Assembly: GCF_018350175.1 (NCBI RefSeq)
Contig: NC_058368.1
Coordinates: 82,958,001-83,022,000 of the forward strand
Direction: 5' to 3'
Length of the DNA stretch: 64,000 nucleotides
From: Felis catus
Lineage: Eukaryota
Positions 1-12,045 of this stretch are shown piece by piece. Under the pieces are notes generated by a model. It was not told the origin of the DNA and did no database searches. It saw only the letters and a list, made by a program, of their open reading frames with translations. A program made the position numbers and the translations under genes. Numbering within the stretch: position 1 is the first letter of the stretch; each line of letters opens with the position of its first letter.

Positions 1-724
1 GATCCTTAATAGCCAAAATAATCTTGAGAAAAAAGGATTAAAGGCACCACACCCCTGATTTCAAATGATGTAATTGAAACAGGTATGGTATTGGCATAAA
101 TAGGTATGGAAAAGAGTAGAAAAGAATGGAGTTCAGAAATAAACACACACATATATTATTGTGACATAGGAACCAACAATATACAATGGAGAACATTTCT
201 CAACAAGAAATGATGCTTGGAAAATGGATAGACCTATGCAAAAGAATAAAATTGGACCAATATCTTAAACCATACACAAAATTTAATTGAAAATGGATTA
301 AGTATTGAACGGCTTATTGGGCCAACATGCGGAGAAGTAGGGGGATCTGTGCTTCCCACGTCTCTCAAACAAAGAAGTTTTGAAGCCAAATGACTTTGAA
401 CTCCAAGAGTCTGGGGGGGAAAAGAGAATGAATCTACTTGGAAGAAAATGAAACAACTTGAGAAACCATAGGTGGGTGATAGCAAACTGGAGGAGATAAA
501 ACCAGCCACATAGGCATGGAGGGGAGGGATCCCCTTCTGCAGAGAGACAAAGGGAAGAAAAAGACTGGCTGGGGAAGTGTAGGACTGTATCTTGAGAAGA
601 GAAAAGCCTTGATCTGGGAGTGAGAAGGAACCTATCTCTAACTGCAGGGCTTTCTTCAGACAGGGGCAGGCTCCCTGTTTGCACACCTGGGGAGGAGGGG
701 AGTCAACTCTGGGTTCATTGGTAG

Positions 725-1110
725 AATAGGGTCACAGTCCACAGAAGGAGAAAGCAGTCCCCTCCCTGGAGGGCAGTGCAATAGAACAAAGCCTGCCTGC
801 ATCTGCCACCCCTGGGCTCAGTGGCTGGGTTGAGGGCACAGTCCACCGTAGTAGAAAGTGGCCCTTCCCTGGAGTGCTGTAGGGCAGAACAAAGCCTGCC
901 TGTGTCTGCCACCCTCAGGCTCCATGGCTAGGTAAAGGGCGCAGTCCACAGGAGGAGAAAGTGGCCCTTCCTTGGAGCCTTGTGGGAAAAGACAAAGCCT
1001 GCCTGAATCCACCACCCCCTGGCTCAGTGGTGAGGTCATTGGTGCGGTTCTCAGCAGGAAAAGGTGGTCCTCCCTGAATTGTGGTGGCACAAAGCCAGCT
1101 GAGTCCACTT
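725..1110 (+). repeat. ~103-bp tandem monomers (about 4 copies) in L1 #1 5'UTR
   Basis: acaaagcc recurs at 786, 889, 992 and 1089; c(a/g)cagtccac recurs at 733, 837 and 940. Confidence 0.9.
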
Positions 1111-1910
1111 ATCGAGCTTCACAGAGAGGTGCTTCTCCAGTACCAGAGTGCACAGAGCAGGACTTTAAATTCCAGACAACCCTGGGCCAGGGAAGTCACT
1201 GGAGGGAGAAGGACTGCCCCACCTGGACCCGCGACACAGTGAGGACAACTCAAAAGGACTCCACCTGGTTGTGAAGAGACTGGGGGATGGCCATTTCCCA
1301 TCCCCCACCACGACCATCAAGGAGGTGCCTCAGGGATCAGTCCTGGGGCCCATAGTGGAGGTGGGACCAACCTATGCCAAACCACACCACTCAGTGCTGG
1401 GTAACTTCATATCTGCAGGAACCAGATAGATTCTGTGCAACCAGATGGCTGCATCATCCAGCCCAGTGATGCTGCATAGCATGGATTAATTCCAGGACAA
1501 TTCTTGTTATTTAAATATATTCTCCCTTCCTATCCCTTCCCTCCTCTAGGCTAGTTACTCTGGTTGTTGGTTTGTTTAAGCAGACATGTTTAATCAATTC
1601 CCTAGATACATGTTCTACATCTCCTTCCGTGCTTTCCTTACTCTCTGGAATAATCAAGCCACATAATTTCTCTGGGTAACTTTATCTTAATTTTTCCCCT
1701 GGCCGCCTTCTTTATTTTCCTCTCTCTGTCTCTCTAGATGGAACCATTTAGTTTCTATGCCCCATCAATGTTTATTTTCTCTTTGTCCCTGCCCCTGTCA
1801 TTTCTTTGTATGTATGTGCTCTTCCATCAGCACTGCCTCCTCCCTTTTCTTTACTTGTAGTTGGTGTTTCTGTTTTTTTTTTTTTTTGTATTTTGGACTG
1901 TTTTGTGTCT

Positions 1911-1934
1911 GTGTGTGTGTGTGTGTGCGTGTGT
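1911..1934. repeat. (TG)n microsatellite in the T-rich part of the L1 5'UTR
   Basis: Directly visible gtgtgtgt run. Confidence 0.85.
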
Positions 1935-2243
1935 TTTGTCCATTTGTTTTATGTGTATATATGTTTTTGTGTCATTGTTTCCTGTTTGTGTGTTTATTTT
2001 CTTTTCCAGGACTACTTCAAGAAAAAAAATCAAAACACACCTCATGGAAGGTCTGAAACATCACTACGAATAGAGAAATAAAATAACCAAAGGCACAACA
2101 GATAGCAAGTAAACTCTCTTAAAAACACCTGCTAAATTGCCAGGCCATGGACAGTGTGTGACCCTCTCTTTAATATAGCAGTGCTTACAGAGGCAGAGCA
2201 CATAAGAAACTTAAAACTCATAAGGGACAAAAAACTAGGCAAA

Positions 2244-3354
2244 ATGACCAAATGGAAGAATTTCCCTCAAAAGAAATTCCAGGAAGAAGTGAGAGCTAAA
2301 TAATTCATCAAAACAGATTTAAGAAATATACCTGAACAAGAATTTAAAATATTGGTCATAGATTAATCATTCAGCTTGAAAAAGACAGAGAATTGATTAT
2401 TGTAGAGATCAAGGTTCTAAAGAATAGTCATGATGAATTAAGAAATGCTATAAATGAGGTGCAAAATAAAATGGAGGCTGCCACAGTGTGGATTCAAGAG
2501 GCAGAGGGGAGAAAGGTGAATTAGAAGATAAAATTATGGATGGGGCACCTGGGTGGCTCAGTCGGTTAAGTATCCGACTTCGGCTCAGGTCATGATCTCA
2601 CGGTTTGTGAGTTCAAACCCACGTTAGGCTCCGTGTGGACAGCTCAGAGCCTGGAGATTTCTTCAGATTCTGTCTCTCTGCCCCTCCCTTACTTGCTCTC
2701 TGTCTCTCTGTCTCTCTCCAAATATAAAAAATAAAAGAAATTTAAAAAATTTAAAAAAAAGAAGATACAATTATGGAAAAAGAAGCTGAGAAAAAGAGAG
2801 ATAAAAAAAATCCAGGATCAAGAGGGGAAAATTAGAGAACTAAGTGATGCAATCAAAAAGAACAATGTCCGTATCATAGGAATTCCAGAAAAAGTACAGA
2901 AATAGAAAGGGGCTGAAGGAGTACTTGAACAAATCATAGCTGAGAACTTCCCCAATCTGAGGAAGGAAATAGGCATTGATATCCAAGAGGCACAGAGAAC
3001 TCCCTTCAGATGTAACATGAATTGATCTGCACTTCATATCATAGTGAAACTGGCAAAATACAAGGATTAAACGAGAATTCTGAAAGCATGTAGGGATAAA
3101 CAGGCCTTAACATGCAAAGGTATATACATAAGGGTAGTAGCAGACCTATCTACTGAAAATTAGCAAGCCAGAAATGAATGGAAGGAAATCTTCAATGTGA
3201 TGAATAGGAAAATTATGCAGCCAAGAATCCTTTGCCATCAAGTCTGCCATTCAGAATAGAAGGAGAGATAAAAGTTTTCCCAAACAAACAAAAACTGAAG
3301 GAATTCATCACCACTAAACCCACCCTACAAGAGATCCTAAGGAAGATTCTATGA
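2244..3354 (+). pseudogene. L1 ORF1 remnant of L1 #1, disrupted
   Basis: ATG ACC AAA TGG AAG AAT at 2244 parallels the ORF1 start of L1 #2 (11112). It contains a SINE insertion and in-frame stops and ends at ...aggaagattctaTGA. Confidence 0.85.
2541..2759 (+). mobile_element. CanSINE (SINEC_Fc-type) inserted in ORF1
   Basis: ggggcacctgggtggctcagtcggttaag head, CT-rich tract and A tail. TSD agaagataaaattatgga (2523-2540) / agaagatacaattatgga (2760-2777). Confidence 0.95.
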
Positions 3355-3422
3355 ATGAAAGGTTGCAAAGACCACAAAGGACCAGAGACATCACTACAAG
3401 CATGAAACCTACAGATAACACA

Positions 3423-6400
3423 ATGACGCTAAACCCATATCTTTCAGTAATAACACTGAATGTAAATGGACTAAATGCTCCAGTCAAAAGACATAGGGTA
3501 CCAGAATGGAAAACAAAAACAAAAACAAAAAAAAACAAGACCCATCTATTTGCTGTCTACCAGAGGCTCATTTCAGACCTAAGGACACTTTCAGTTTGAA
3601 AGTGAGGGGCTGGAGAACTATCAATCATGCAGCTGGAAGTCAAAAGAAAGCTGGAGTAGCCATATTTATATCTGATAAATTAGGCTTTAAAGATTGTAAC
3701 AAAAGATGAAGAAGAGCATTATATAATAATTACAGGGTCCATCCATCAGGAGGAACTAACAATTATAAATGTCTATGCACTGAATTTGGGAACACCCAAA
3801 TATTTAAAAAAATAATCACAAACATAAGCAATCTTATTGATAAGAATGTGGTAATTTCAGGGAATTTAATACTCCACTTACAGCAAAGGGCAGATAATCT
3901 AGACACAGAATCAGTGAAGAAACAATGGGCCTGAATGATACATTGGATCAGATGGACTTGACAGATATATTTAGAACTCTACATCCCAAAGCAGCAGAAT
4001 ATACTTTCTTCTCAAGTGCAAATGAAACATTCTCCAAGATAGACCACATTGCAGCCCTCAATAAATATAAAAGAATTGAGACCATCCCATGCACACTTTC
4101 AGATCACAATTCTAGGAATCTTGAAATCAACCACAGGAAAAGTCTGGAAAACCTCCGAAAGCATGGAGGTTAAACATCTTACCAAAGAATGAATGGGTCA
4201 ACCAGGCAATTAGATAAGTAATTAAAAGGTATATGGAAACAATTGAAAATTAAAGTACAACAATGCAAACACTTTGGGTTGCAGCAAAGGCAGTCCTAAG
4301 AGGAAAATACATTGCAATCGAGGCCTATCTCAAGAAACAAGAAAAGTCCAATACAAAATCAAACAGCACACTAAAGGAACTAGAAGCAGAACAGCAAAGC
4401 TACCCCAACCCAGCAGAAGAGAAATAATAAATATCAGAGCAGAAATAAATACTATAGAATAAAAAAAAAACAGTAGAACAGATCAATGAAACTAAGAGTT
4501 GGTTTTTTGAAAAAATAAAGAAAATTAATAAACCTGTAGCCAGGCTTCTCAAAAAGAAATGAGAGAGGACTCAAATAGATAAAATCACAAATGAAAATGG
4601 ATTTATTACAACTAAACCCTCATAAATATAAGCAATTATCAAGGAATACTATGGAAAATTATATGCCAACAAAATGGACAGCCTGGAAGAAATGGACAAA
4701 TTCCTAAACACCAACTCATGACCAAAACTCAAACAGGGAGAAGTAGAAAATTTGAACAGACCCATAACTAGTGAAGAAATTGAATCAGTTATCAAAAAAT
4801 CTTCCAAGAAATAAGAGTCCTGGGCCATATGGCTTCTCTGTGGAATTCTAGCAGGCATTTAAAGCAGAGTTAATACCTATCTTTCTCAACGTTTATTTAT
4901 TTTTGGGACAGAGAGAGACAGAGCATGAACGGGGGAGGGGCAGAGAGAGAGGGAGACACAGAATCGGAAACAGGCTCCAGGCTCTGAGCCATCAGCCCAG
5001 AGCCTGACGCGGGGCTCGAACTCACGGACCGCGAGATCGTGACCTGGCTGAAGTCGGACGCTTAACCGACTGCGCCACCCAGGCGCCCCAATACCTATCT
5101 TTCTCAAGCTGATTAAAAAAAATAGAAAGGGAAGGAGAACTTCCAAGCTCATTCTATGAAGCCAGAATTAATTTTTTTTCCAAACCGGGCATAGATCCAG
5201 CAAAAAAAGAGAACTACATGCCAATATCCCTGATGAATATGGATGCAAAAGTTCTCCGCATGATACTAGCGAATTTTCAATTCAACAGTAAATAAAAAGT
5301 ATTATTCACCATGATCAGATGGAATTCATTCTTGGGCTGCAGGCCTGGTCCAAAATTAATAAATCAATCAATACAATATATCACATTGATAAAATAAAAG
5401 ATCAGAACCATATGGTCTTATCAATAGATGCAGAAAAAAACATTTGACAAAATACAACATCCTTTCTAATGAAAACCCTTAAGAAAGTTGTGATAGAAGG
5501 AATATACTTAAACATCATAGAAGCCATTTATGAAAAGCTCACAGCTAGTATCCTCAATGGGGAGAATCTGAGAGCTTTCCCCCTGAATGAGGAACTCAAC
5601 AAGGATGTCCCCTCTCACCAGTGGTGTTTCACATAGTATTGGAAGACTTGGGATCATCAATCAGACAACAAAATGAAGCTAAAGGCATCAAAACTGGGAA
5701 CAATGAAGTCAAATTTTCACTTTTTGCAGACGACATGATACTCTACATAGAAAACCTGACAGATTACACCAGAAGTCGGCTAGAACTGATACACGAATTC
5801 AGCAAAGTTGCAGGTACAAAATTAGTGTACAGAAATTGGTTGCATTTTTATACACCAATAATAAAGCAATAGAAATAGAAATAAAGACACTGATACATTC
5901 AAAATTGCACCAAGAAACATAAAATACCTAGGAATAAACCTAACCAAAATTGTGAAAGATCTGTATGCTGAAAATAATAAAAAGGTTATGAAGGAAATTT
6001 CAGAAGACACAAAGATTTTGAAAAACCTTCCATGCTCATGGATTGGAAGAATAAACTTTGTTAAAATGTCAATACTACCCAAAGGAATCTACACATTCAA
6101 TGCAATCTCAATCAAATTTGCACCAGCATTCTTCTCAAAGCTAGAATAAGCAATCCTAAAATTTTTATGGAACTACAAAAGACCCTGAAGAGCCAAAGTA
6201 ATATTAATAAAAACAAAAACAGGAGGCATCACAATCCCAGGCTTTAGCTTCTACTACAAAGTTGTAAGAATCAAGACAGTATGGTATTGGCACAAAAACA
6301 GACACAGAGACCAATGGAACTCAACACTTCTCCAAAGGCAAGGGAATTAAAAAGAAAAATGAACTATTCAGACCTCATCAAGATAAAAAGCTTCTGCACT

Positions 6401-7194
6401 GCAAAGGAAACAATCAACAAAACTAAAAGGCAACCGATGGAATGGGAAATGGTATTGGCAAATGACATATCGGATGAAGGGCTAGTATCTAAAATCTATA
6501 ATGAACTCACCAAACTCCCCACCCAAAAAACAAATAATCCAGTGAAGAAATGGGCAGAAGACATGAATAGACACTTCTCTAAAGAAGACATCCAGATAAC
6601 CAACAGACACATAAAAAGATGCTCAATGTCAGTCATCATCAAGGAAATACCAATCAAAACTACAGTGAGATATCACCTCATGTCAGTCAGAGTGGCTAAA
6701 ATGAACAGATCAGGAGTCTGTAGTTGCTGGCAAAGATGTGGAGAAATGGAAACATTCTTTCACTGCTGCTGGGAATGTAAACTGGTGCAGCCACTCTGGA
6801 AAACTGCAGAGGTTTTCCTCTGAACCTCCAGTGGATGTTCTTCAAAAATTAAAAATAGAACTATCCTATGACCCAGGAATAACACTGTTAGGAATCTACC
6901 CAATGCATAGAAGAGTGCTGATGCATAGGGGCACATGTACCCCAATGTTTATAGCAGCAATTTTGACAATAACCAAATTATGAAAATAGCCTAATGTCCA
7001 TCAACGTACAAATAGATAAAGAAAATATGGTTTATATGTACAAAGAATACTACTTGGAAATAAGAAAGAAAGAAATCTGGCTATTTGCAACAATGTGGAT
7101 GGAACTGGAGGGCATTATGCTAAGTGAAATAAGCCAGGCAGAGAAAGACAGATACCATATTTTTTCATGTATATGTGGATCTGGAGAAACTTAA
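3423..7194 (+). pseudogene. L1 ORF2 (endonuclease/reverse transcriptase) remnant of L1 #1
   Basis: Starts MTLNPYLSVITLNVNGLNAP. The RT motif LFADDMILY lies in ORF 5621-5872, and C-terminal [16 protein letters not shown] and ...MLSEISQ motifs are present. Many frameshifts, a SINE insertion and a deletion near 6320. Confidence 0.92.
4890..5089 (-). mobile_element. Young CpG-rich SINEC_Fc lacking a poly(A) tail
   Basis: The reverse complement begins ggggcgcctgggtggcgcagtcggttaagcgtccg. Identical 18-nt flanking repeat aatacctatctttctcaa at 4872-4889 and 5090-5107. Confidence 0.97.
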
Positions 7195-8206
7195 CAGAAG
7201 ACCATGGGGGAGGGGAAGGGGAAAAAAGTTACAGAGAGGGAGAGAGGCAAACCATGAAAGACTCTTAAGCATTGAGAACAAAGGGTAGATGAGGGTGGGG
7301 GAGAGGAGAAAGTGGGTTATGGGCAGGGAGGAGGGCACTTGTTGGGATGAGCCCTGGGTGTTGTATGGAAACCAGTTTGACAATAAATTATATTAAAGAA
7401 AAAATAAGACTTGAATGTAGATTAGAACCCATAAAACTCCTGGAAGAAAACATAGACCATAAGCTTCTTCATACTGTGCCTGTCTATATACAGGCAAGAA
7501 CAAAGTGAATGTAGAATCTGACTCAAAAGGCAATGGCAACAAAAGCCAAAATAAAGAAATGGGATGACATTAACCTAAAAAAAGATCTGCACAGTGAAAA
7601 TGTACATGAAAAATTAAAAAGCATCTTTCTGAAGGGGAGAAGATATTTTCAAATCAAAGATGCAATAGAGTTAATATCCAAAATTCAATTTGAAATATAC
7701 AACTTAATAAAATACAGACAATCTAATTAAAAATGTACACATTATCTGAATAGACTTTTTTTTAAATTAGGAAGTCAAACAAATGGTTAACAAGCACATG
7801 AAAAGAAGCCCAGTGTCACTAATCATCAGGGAAAATAAAATTAAATCCACAAAAAGTTATCAACTTTTGCATATCAGAATGGTTATGGCCAATGGGATAA
7901 GAAATAACAAATGTTGCAGAGGTTGTGGAGAAGAGGAAACTCTCATTCATTTTTAGTGGGAACAGAAACAGATGCAGCCAATATGCAAAACAACATCAAG
8001 GTTTGTCTCAAATTTCTCAAAAACTTAAAAAAATGCCATATGAACCCATTATTTCAATTCTGAATATTTATCTGAATAAAATGAAAATACTATTTCAAAA
8101 TATTATATACAATCCTACATATTTTATAGCATTATTTAAAATAACCACGATATTGAAACAACCTACCTACTCATGAATGGATGAATGAATAAAGAATCAG
8201 TGGTAT

Positions 8207-8207
<1 letters not shown>

Positions 8208-8237
<30 letters not shown>
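8208..8237. repeat. (CA)15 microsatellite
   Basis: Perfect CA run. Confidence 0.95.
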
Positions 8238-8239
<2 letters not shown>

Positions 8240-8304
8240 GTGACATCTGCCACAACATGGATGGACCTAGAGTCTATTATGCTAAGTGAAATAAGCTAGA
8301 TGGA

Positions 8305-8554
8305 CTTCTTTTCACTCCTATGTGGATCCTGAGAAACTTAACAGAAGACCGTGGGGGAGGGGAAGAAAAAACAAAGGTTAGAGAGGGAGGGAGCCAAAAC
8401 ATAAGAGACTCTTAAAAACAGAACAAACTGAGTGTTGATGGGGGGGTGGGAGGGAGGCGAGGGTGTGTGAGGGGTATTGAGGAGGGCACCTGTTGGGATG
8501 AGCACTGGGTGTTGCATGGAAACCAATTTGACAATAAATTTCATTTTGAAAAAA
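8305..8554 (+). mobile_element. 5'-truncated young felid L1 (3'UTR only, ~250 bp)
   Basis: Closely matches the L1 #2 3' end (15912-16165). Perfect 16-bp TSD aaataagctagatgga at 8289-8304 and 8555-8570. Confidence 0.93.
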
Positions 8555-10186
8555 AAATAAGCTAGATGGAGAATGTAAAATATGTGATTTTACTTTTATG
8601 TGGAACCTATAAAACAAATCCAATGAAAAATTTAAAAAAATACAAAACTAATAGATTGGAAAAGAGATTGGTAGTTTCCATAAAGGAGAGGGATTGGCTG
8701 AAATAGATGGAGGATCAAGGGATACAAATTTTCAGTTAAAAATCAATTAAGTCATGGGGATATAAGATGACTAGAGTCAAAATCATTGCATTACAATCTG
8801 AAACATATTCAGAAAGTAAACCTTAAAATTTCCCATAGCAAGAAAAAAATATAAATTTTTATTGTGACAGATGGTAACTAGAATTATTGTGGTTATCATT
8901 TCAAAATTTATGCAAATGTGAAATCATTATGTTGTATACCTGAAACTAATATAAAGTTGTATGTCAATTATATGTCACCAAAAATAATAAAATACTTCTA
9001 AATAAATTTAACAAATGGTACAAAAGATTTGTACACTGAAAACCATAAGATATATATGAAGGAAATAGAAAAAGATACTTACAATGGAAAGATATCCCAT
9101 ATTCATGGGTCATAAAAGTTAAAATTTTCTACATTAATATTATCCAAAGCCACCTATATATTTAGTGCCATCTATGAATATGTCATGCATATATTTAATC
9201 TCTATTGAAGTACCAGTGGCATATTTCACAGAATTAGAAGAAAGAATTATAACATTTCTATGGAATTACAAAAGACCCTGAATGTTAAAATAAATCTAAA
9301 GAAAGTTGTACAAAGATGGAGGCATCACACTACTTGATTTCAAACTAGTTTACAAAGTTATAGTAATCAAAACTAGATGGTACTGACATTAAGACGAACC
9401 CAAAATCAATGGAAACATAATTGAAAGCCAAGAAATAAACCCATGTATATATGATTAACTAGTATTTGACAAGAGAGCCAAGAATACTTAATGAGGAAAG
9501 GGTAGTCTCAAATGATATTCTGAATCCTGGATATGCACACACAATTCAATTAAATTGGACCTCCATCTTATGCCACTCACAAAAATTAACTGGAAATAAA
9601 TTAAAGATTTTAAGCTAACCTGAAACCTGAAACCATGAAATTACTAAAAGTAAATAAAGCACCTTGACATTGATCTTGCCAAGAATTTGCTGGATATGAC
9701 ACCAAAAGCATAAGAAACAATAGAAAAAAACAAAGAGTAGGCCTGCATTGAACTAAAAAGTTTCTGAACCACAAAATAAAATTCCACAAAATTAAAAAGA
9801 AGCCTAGTGAAAAGAAACAGTATTTATAAACCATATATTTGCAGAGGAATTAATATGTAAAATCTATATAGTACTCCTGTAATGCAAGAGCAATGATACA
9901 AAATAGCCCAATTTAAAAATGACAAAAGAAGTGAATAGTCTTTTTTTTCCTTGAGACGACATGCAAATAGCCAAAAAAGTACATCAACATGTAAATTTGA
10001 ATTAAAACAAGAGTGGGATATCACCTTACACCTGTTAAAATAACTACCATCAAGCACATATAGCAAGTTCTGGCATTGGTATGGAGAAAAGGAAAACTTG
10101 TGCACCACTGATGGTAATTTAAATTGTTACAGCTACTATGAAAACAAGTATCGAGTGTTCTTAAATATTAAAAATAAAACTATATG

Positions 10187-11111
10187 GGAAGATGGCTGCA
10201 TAGGAGGACGCTAGGCTCACCACGCGTACTGCTGATCACTTAGATTCCCCCTACACCTGCCTAAATAAACCAGAAAACCGCCAGAAGACTAGCAGAAGGG
10301 AGTCTCCAGAGCCAAGTGCAGACTGGAGGCCCACAGAAGGTAGGAAGGGCAGAGAGGCGTGCGCGCTACACGGACTGGCAGGAAGGAGCCGGGCTGAGGG
10401 GCGGCCTGCCGGCCAAGCAGAGGCCCCAAGACTGGCTTGCAAAAGCGGAGGGGCCAGAGGGAGTGTGTTCCGACAGCAAGCGGGACTTGACACCTGGAAG
10501 GTTATGAGCTAACAGCTCTGCTTGGAGAGCTGGTGGGCTGGAGGACAATGGGAGGGAGAGTTGTTGAGCCCTGGACAACAGAGCTCAGCTTGGCAGGGAA
10601 CAAAGGCGCTTGCCAGTGCCATCTCCCTCGCCCATCCCCCAGCCAAAATCCCAAAGGGAACCAGTTCCTGCCAGGGAACTTGCTTGCACTGCACAAACAC
10701 CCAACTCTGTGCTTCTGCGGATCTGTCCCTCCGGCAGGTCTGACTCCCTCCCGGTGCCACTGGGCCCCTCCCGAAGTGGATCTCCGAGGGAAAAGCTAGC
10801 CGGGCCTGCCCAACCTCCCCCCCCTTCCCCGCTCCTGTGCACCTGGCCATGCACCCCAGCTAATACACCAGATCCCCAGCACCACAAACCTGGCAGTGTG
10901 CAAGTAGCCCAGACGGGCCACGCCACCCCACAGTGAATCCCACCCCTAGGAGAGAGGAAGAGAAGGCACATACCAGACTGACTGTGGCCCCAGCGGGTGG
11001 GCTGGGGGCAGACATCAGGTCTGACTGTGGCCTCACCCACCAATGCAAGTTATTCAAGACAGCACAAGGGAAGTGCCCCTCAGTCCCGCACCACTCCAGG
11101 GACTATCCAAA
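10187..11111 (+). promoter_or_regulatory. L1 internal promoter (CpG-rich 5'UTR) with a YY1-type motif at its 5' end
   Basis: Begins ggAAGATGGCtg. Visibly the most GC- and CpG-rich stretch in an AT-rich window. L1 5'UTRs are known to act as internal Pol II promoters; activity of this copy is not shown. Confidence 0.7.
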
Positions 11112-11995
11112 ATGACGAAACGGAAGAATTCCCTTCAGAAAAACGTCCAGGAAATAACAACAGCCAATGAACTGATCAAAAAATGATTTAAACAATATAA
11201 CACAAAGTGAATTTAGAATAGTAGTCATAAAATTAATCGCTGGGCTTGAAAACAGTATAAAGGACAGCAGAGAATCTCTTGCTACAGAGATCAAGGGACT
11301 AAGGAACAGCCAGGAAGAGCTAAAAAATGCTATCAATGAACTGCAAAATAAAATGGAGACAACTACGACTCGGATTGAAGAGGCAGAGGAGAGAATAGGT
11401 GAACTAGAAGATAAAATTATGGAAAAAGCAGAAGCTGAGAAAAAGAGAGATAAAAAAATCCAGGAGTATGAGGGGAAAATTACAGAACTAAGTGATGCAC
11501 TAAAGAGAAATAATATACGCATAATTGGTATTCCAGAGGAGGAAGAGAGAGGGAAAGGTGCTGAAGGAGTGCTTGAAGAAATAATAGCTGAGAACTTCCC
11601 GGATCTGGGGAAGGAAAAGGCATTGAAATCCAAGAGACACAGAGAACTCCCTTCAGACGTAACTTGAATCGATCTGCACGACATATCATAGTGAAACTGG
11701 CAAAATACAAGGATAAAGAGAAAATTCTGAAAGCAGCTAGAGATAAACGTGCTCTAACATATAAAGGGAGACCTATAAGACTCGTGACCGATCTCTCTAC
11801 TGAAACTTGGCAGGCCAGAAAGGAATGGCATATCTTCAATGTGATGAACAGAAAAAAGATGAGGCCGAGAATCCTTTATCCAGCAAGTCTGTCATTTAGA
11901 ATAGAAGGAGAGATAAAGGTCTTCCCAAACAAAAACTGAAGGAATTTGTCACCACTAAACCAGCCCTACAAGAGATCCTAAGGGGGATCCCGTGA
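11112..11995 (+). pseudogene. L1 ORF1 remnant of L1 #2 (frameshifted)
   Basis: MTKRKNSLQK start; coiled coil RIEEAEERIGELEDK; RNNIRIIGIPEEE; RHIIVKL; RPRILYPASLSF. These motifs are split across frames. Confidence 0.93.
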
Positions 11996-12045
11996 GACAA
12001 AGTACCAGAGACATCGCCACAAGCATGAAACCTATGGACATCACA

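Larger units (their letters stand above)
310..7404 (+). mobile_element. Full-length felid/carnivore LINE-1 (L1 #1), inactive
   Basis: About 1.9 kb 5'UTR, ORF1 and ORF2 remnants, G-rich 3'UTR, AATAAA at 7382 and an A-rich tail. Degenerate TSD taagtattgaa (299-309) / taagacttgaa (7405-7415). Confidence 0.92.
1..8991 (+). mobile_element. Old L1 (L1MA-like) ORF2 3' part and 3'UTR, host to younger insertions at 310-7404 and 8305-8554
   Basis: The degenerate ORF2 at 1-309 (...ccatacacaaaatttaattgaaaatggattaagtattgaa) resumes at 7405 (taagacttgaatgtagattagaacccataaaactcctggaagaaaac). An L1MA-type 3' end (...tgtatacctgaaactaatataaagttgtatgtcaattat...aataataaaa) finishes near 8991. Confidence 0.8.

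Noticed and set aside
1757..2081. Hydrophobic Cys/Val/Phe-rich ORFs (also 43725-44077)
   Set aside because: Translations of T-rich and (TG)n low-complexity L1 UTR sequence.
2541..2640. tRNA genes suggested by A/B-box-like sequence
   Set aside because: These are the tRNA-derived heads of CanSINEs, followed by SINE body, CT tract, tail and TSD.
10251..11057. Antisense ORFs in the L1 #2 5'UTR (up to 152 aa) as a possible ORF0 analogue
   Set aside because: GC-rich sequence has few stops, ORFs overlap in several frames, many use non-ATG starts, and there is no recognisable protein signal.
11103..11684. 193-aa Ser/Phe-rich minus-strand ORF
   Set aside because: Antisense shadow of the L1 ORF1 coiled coil.
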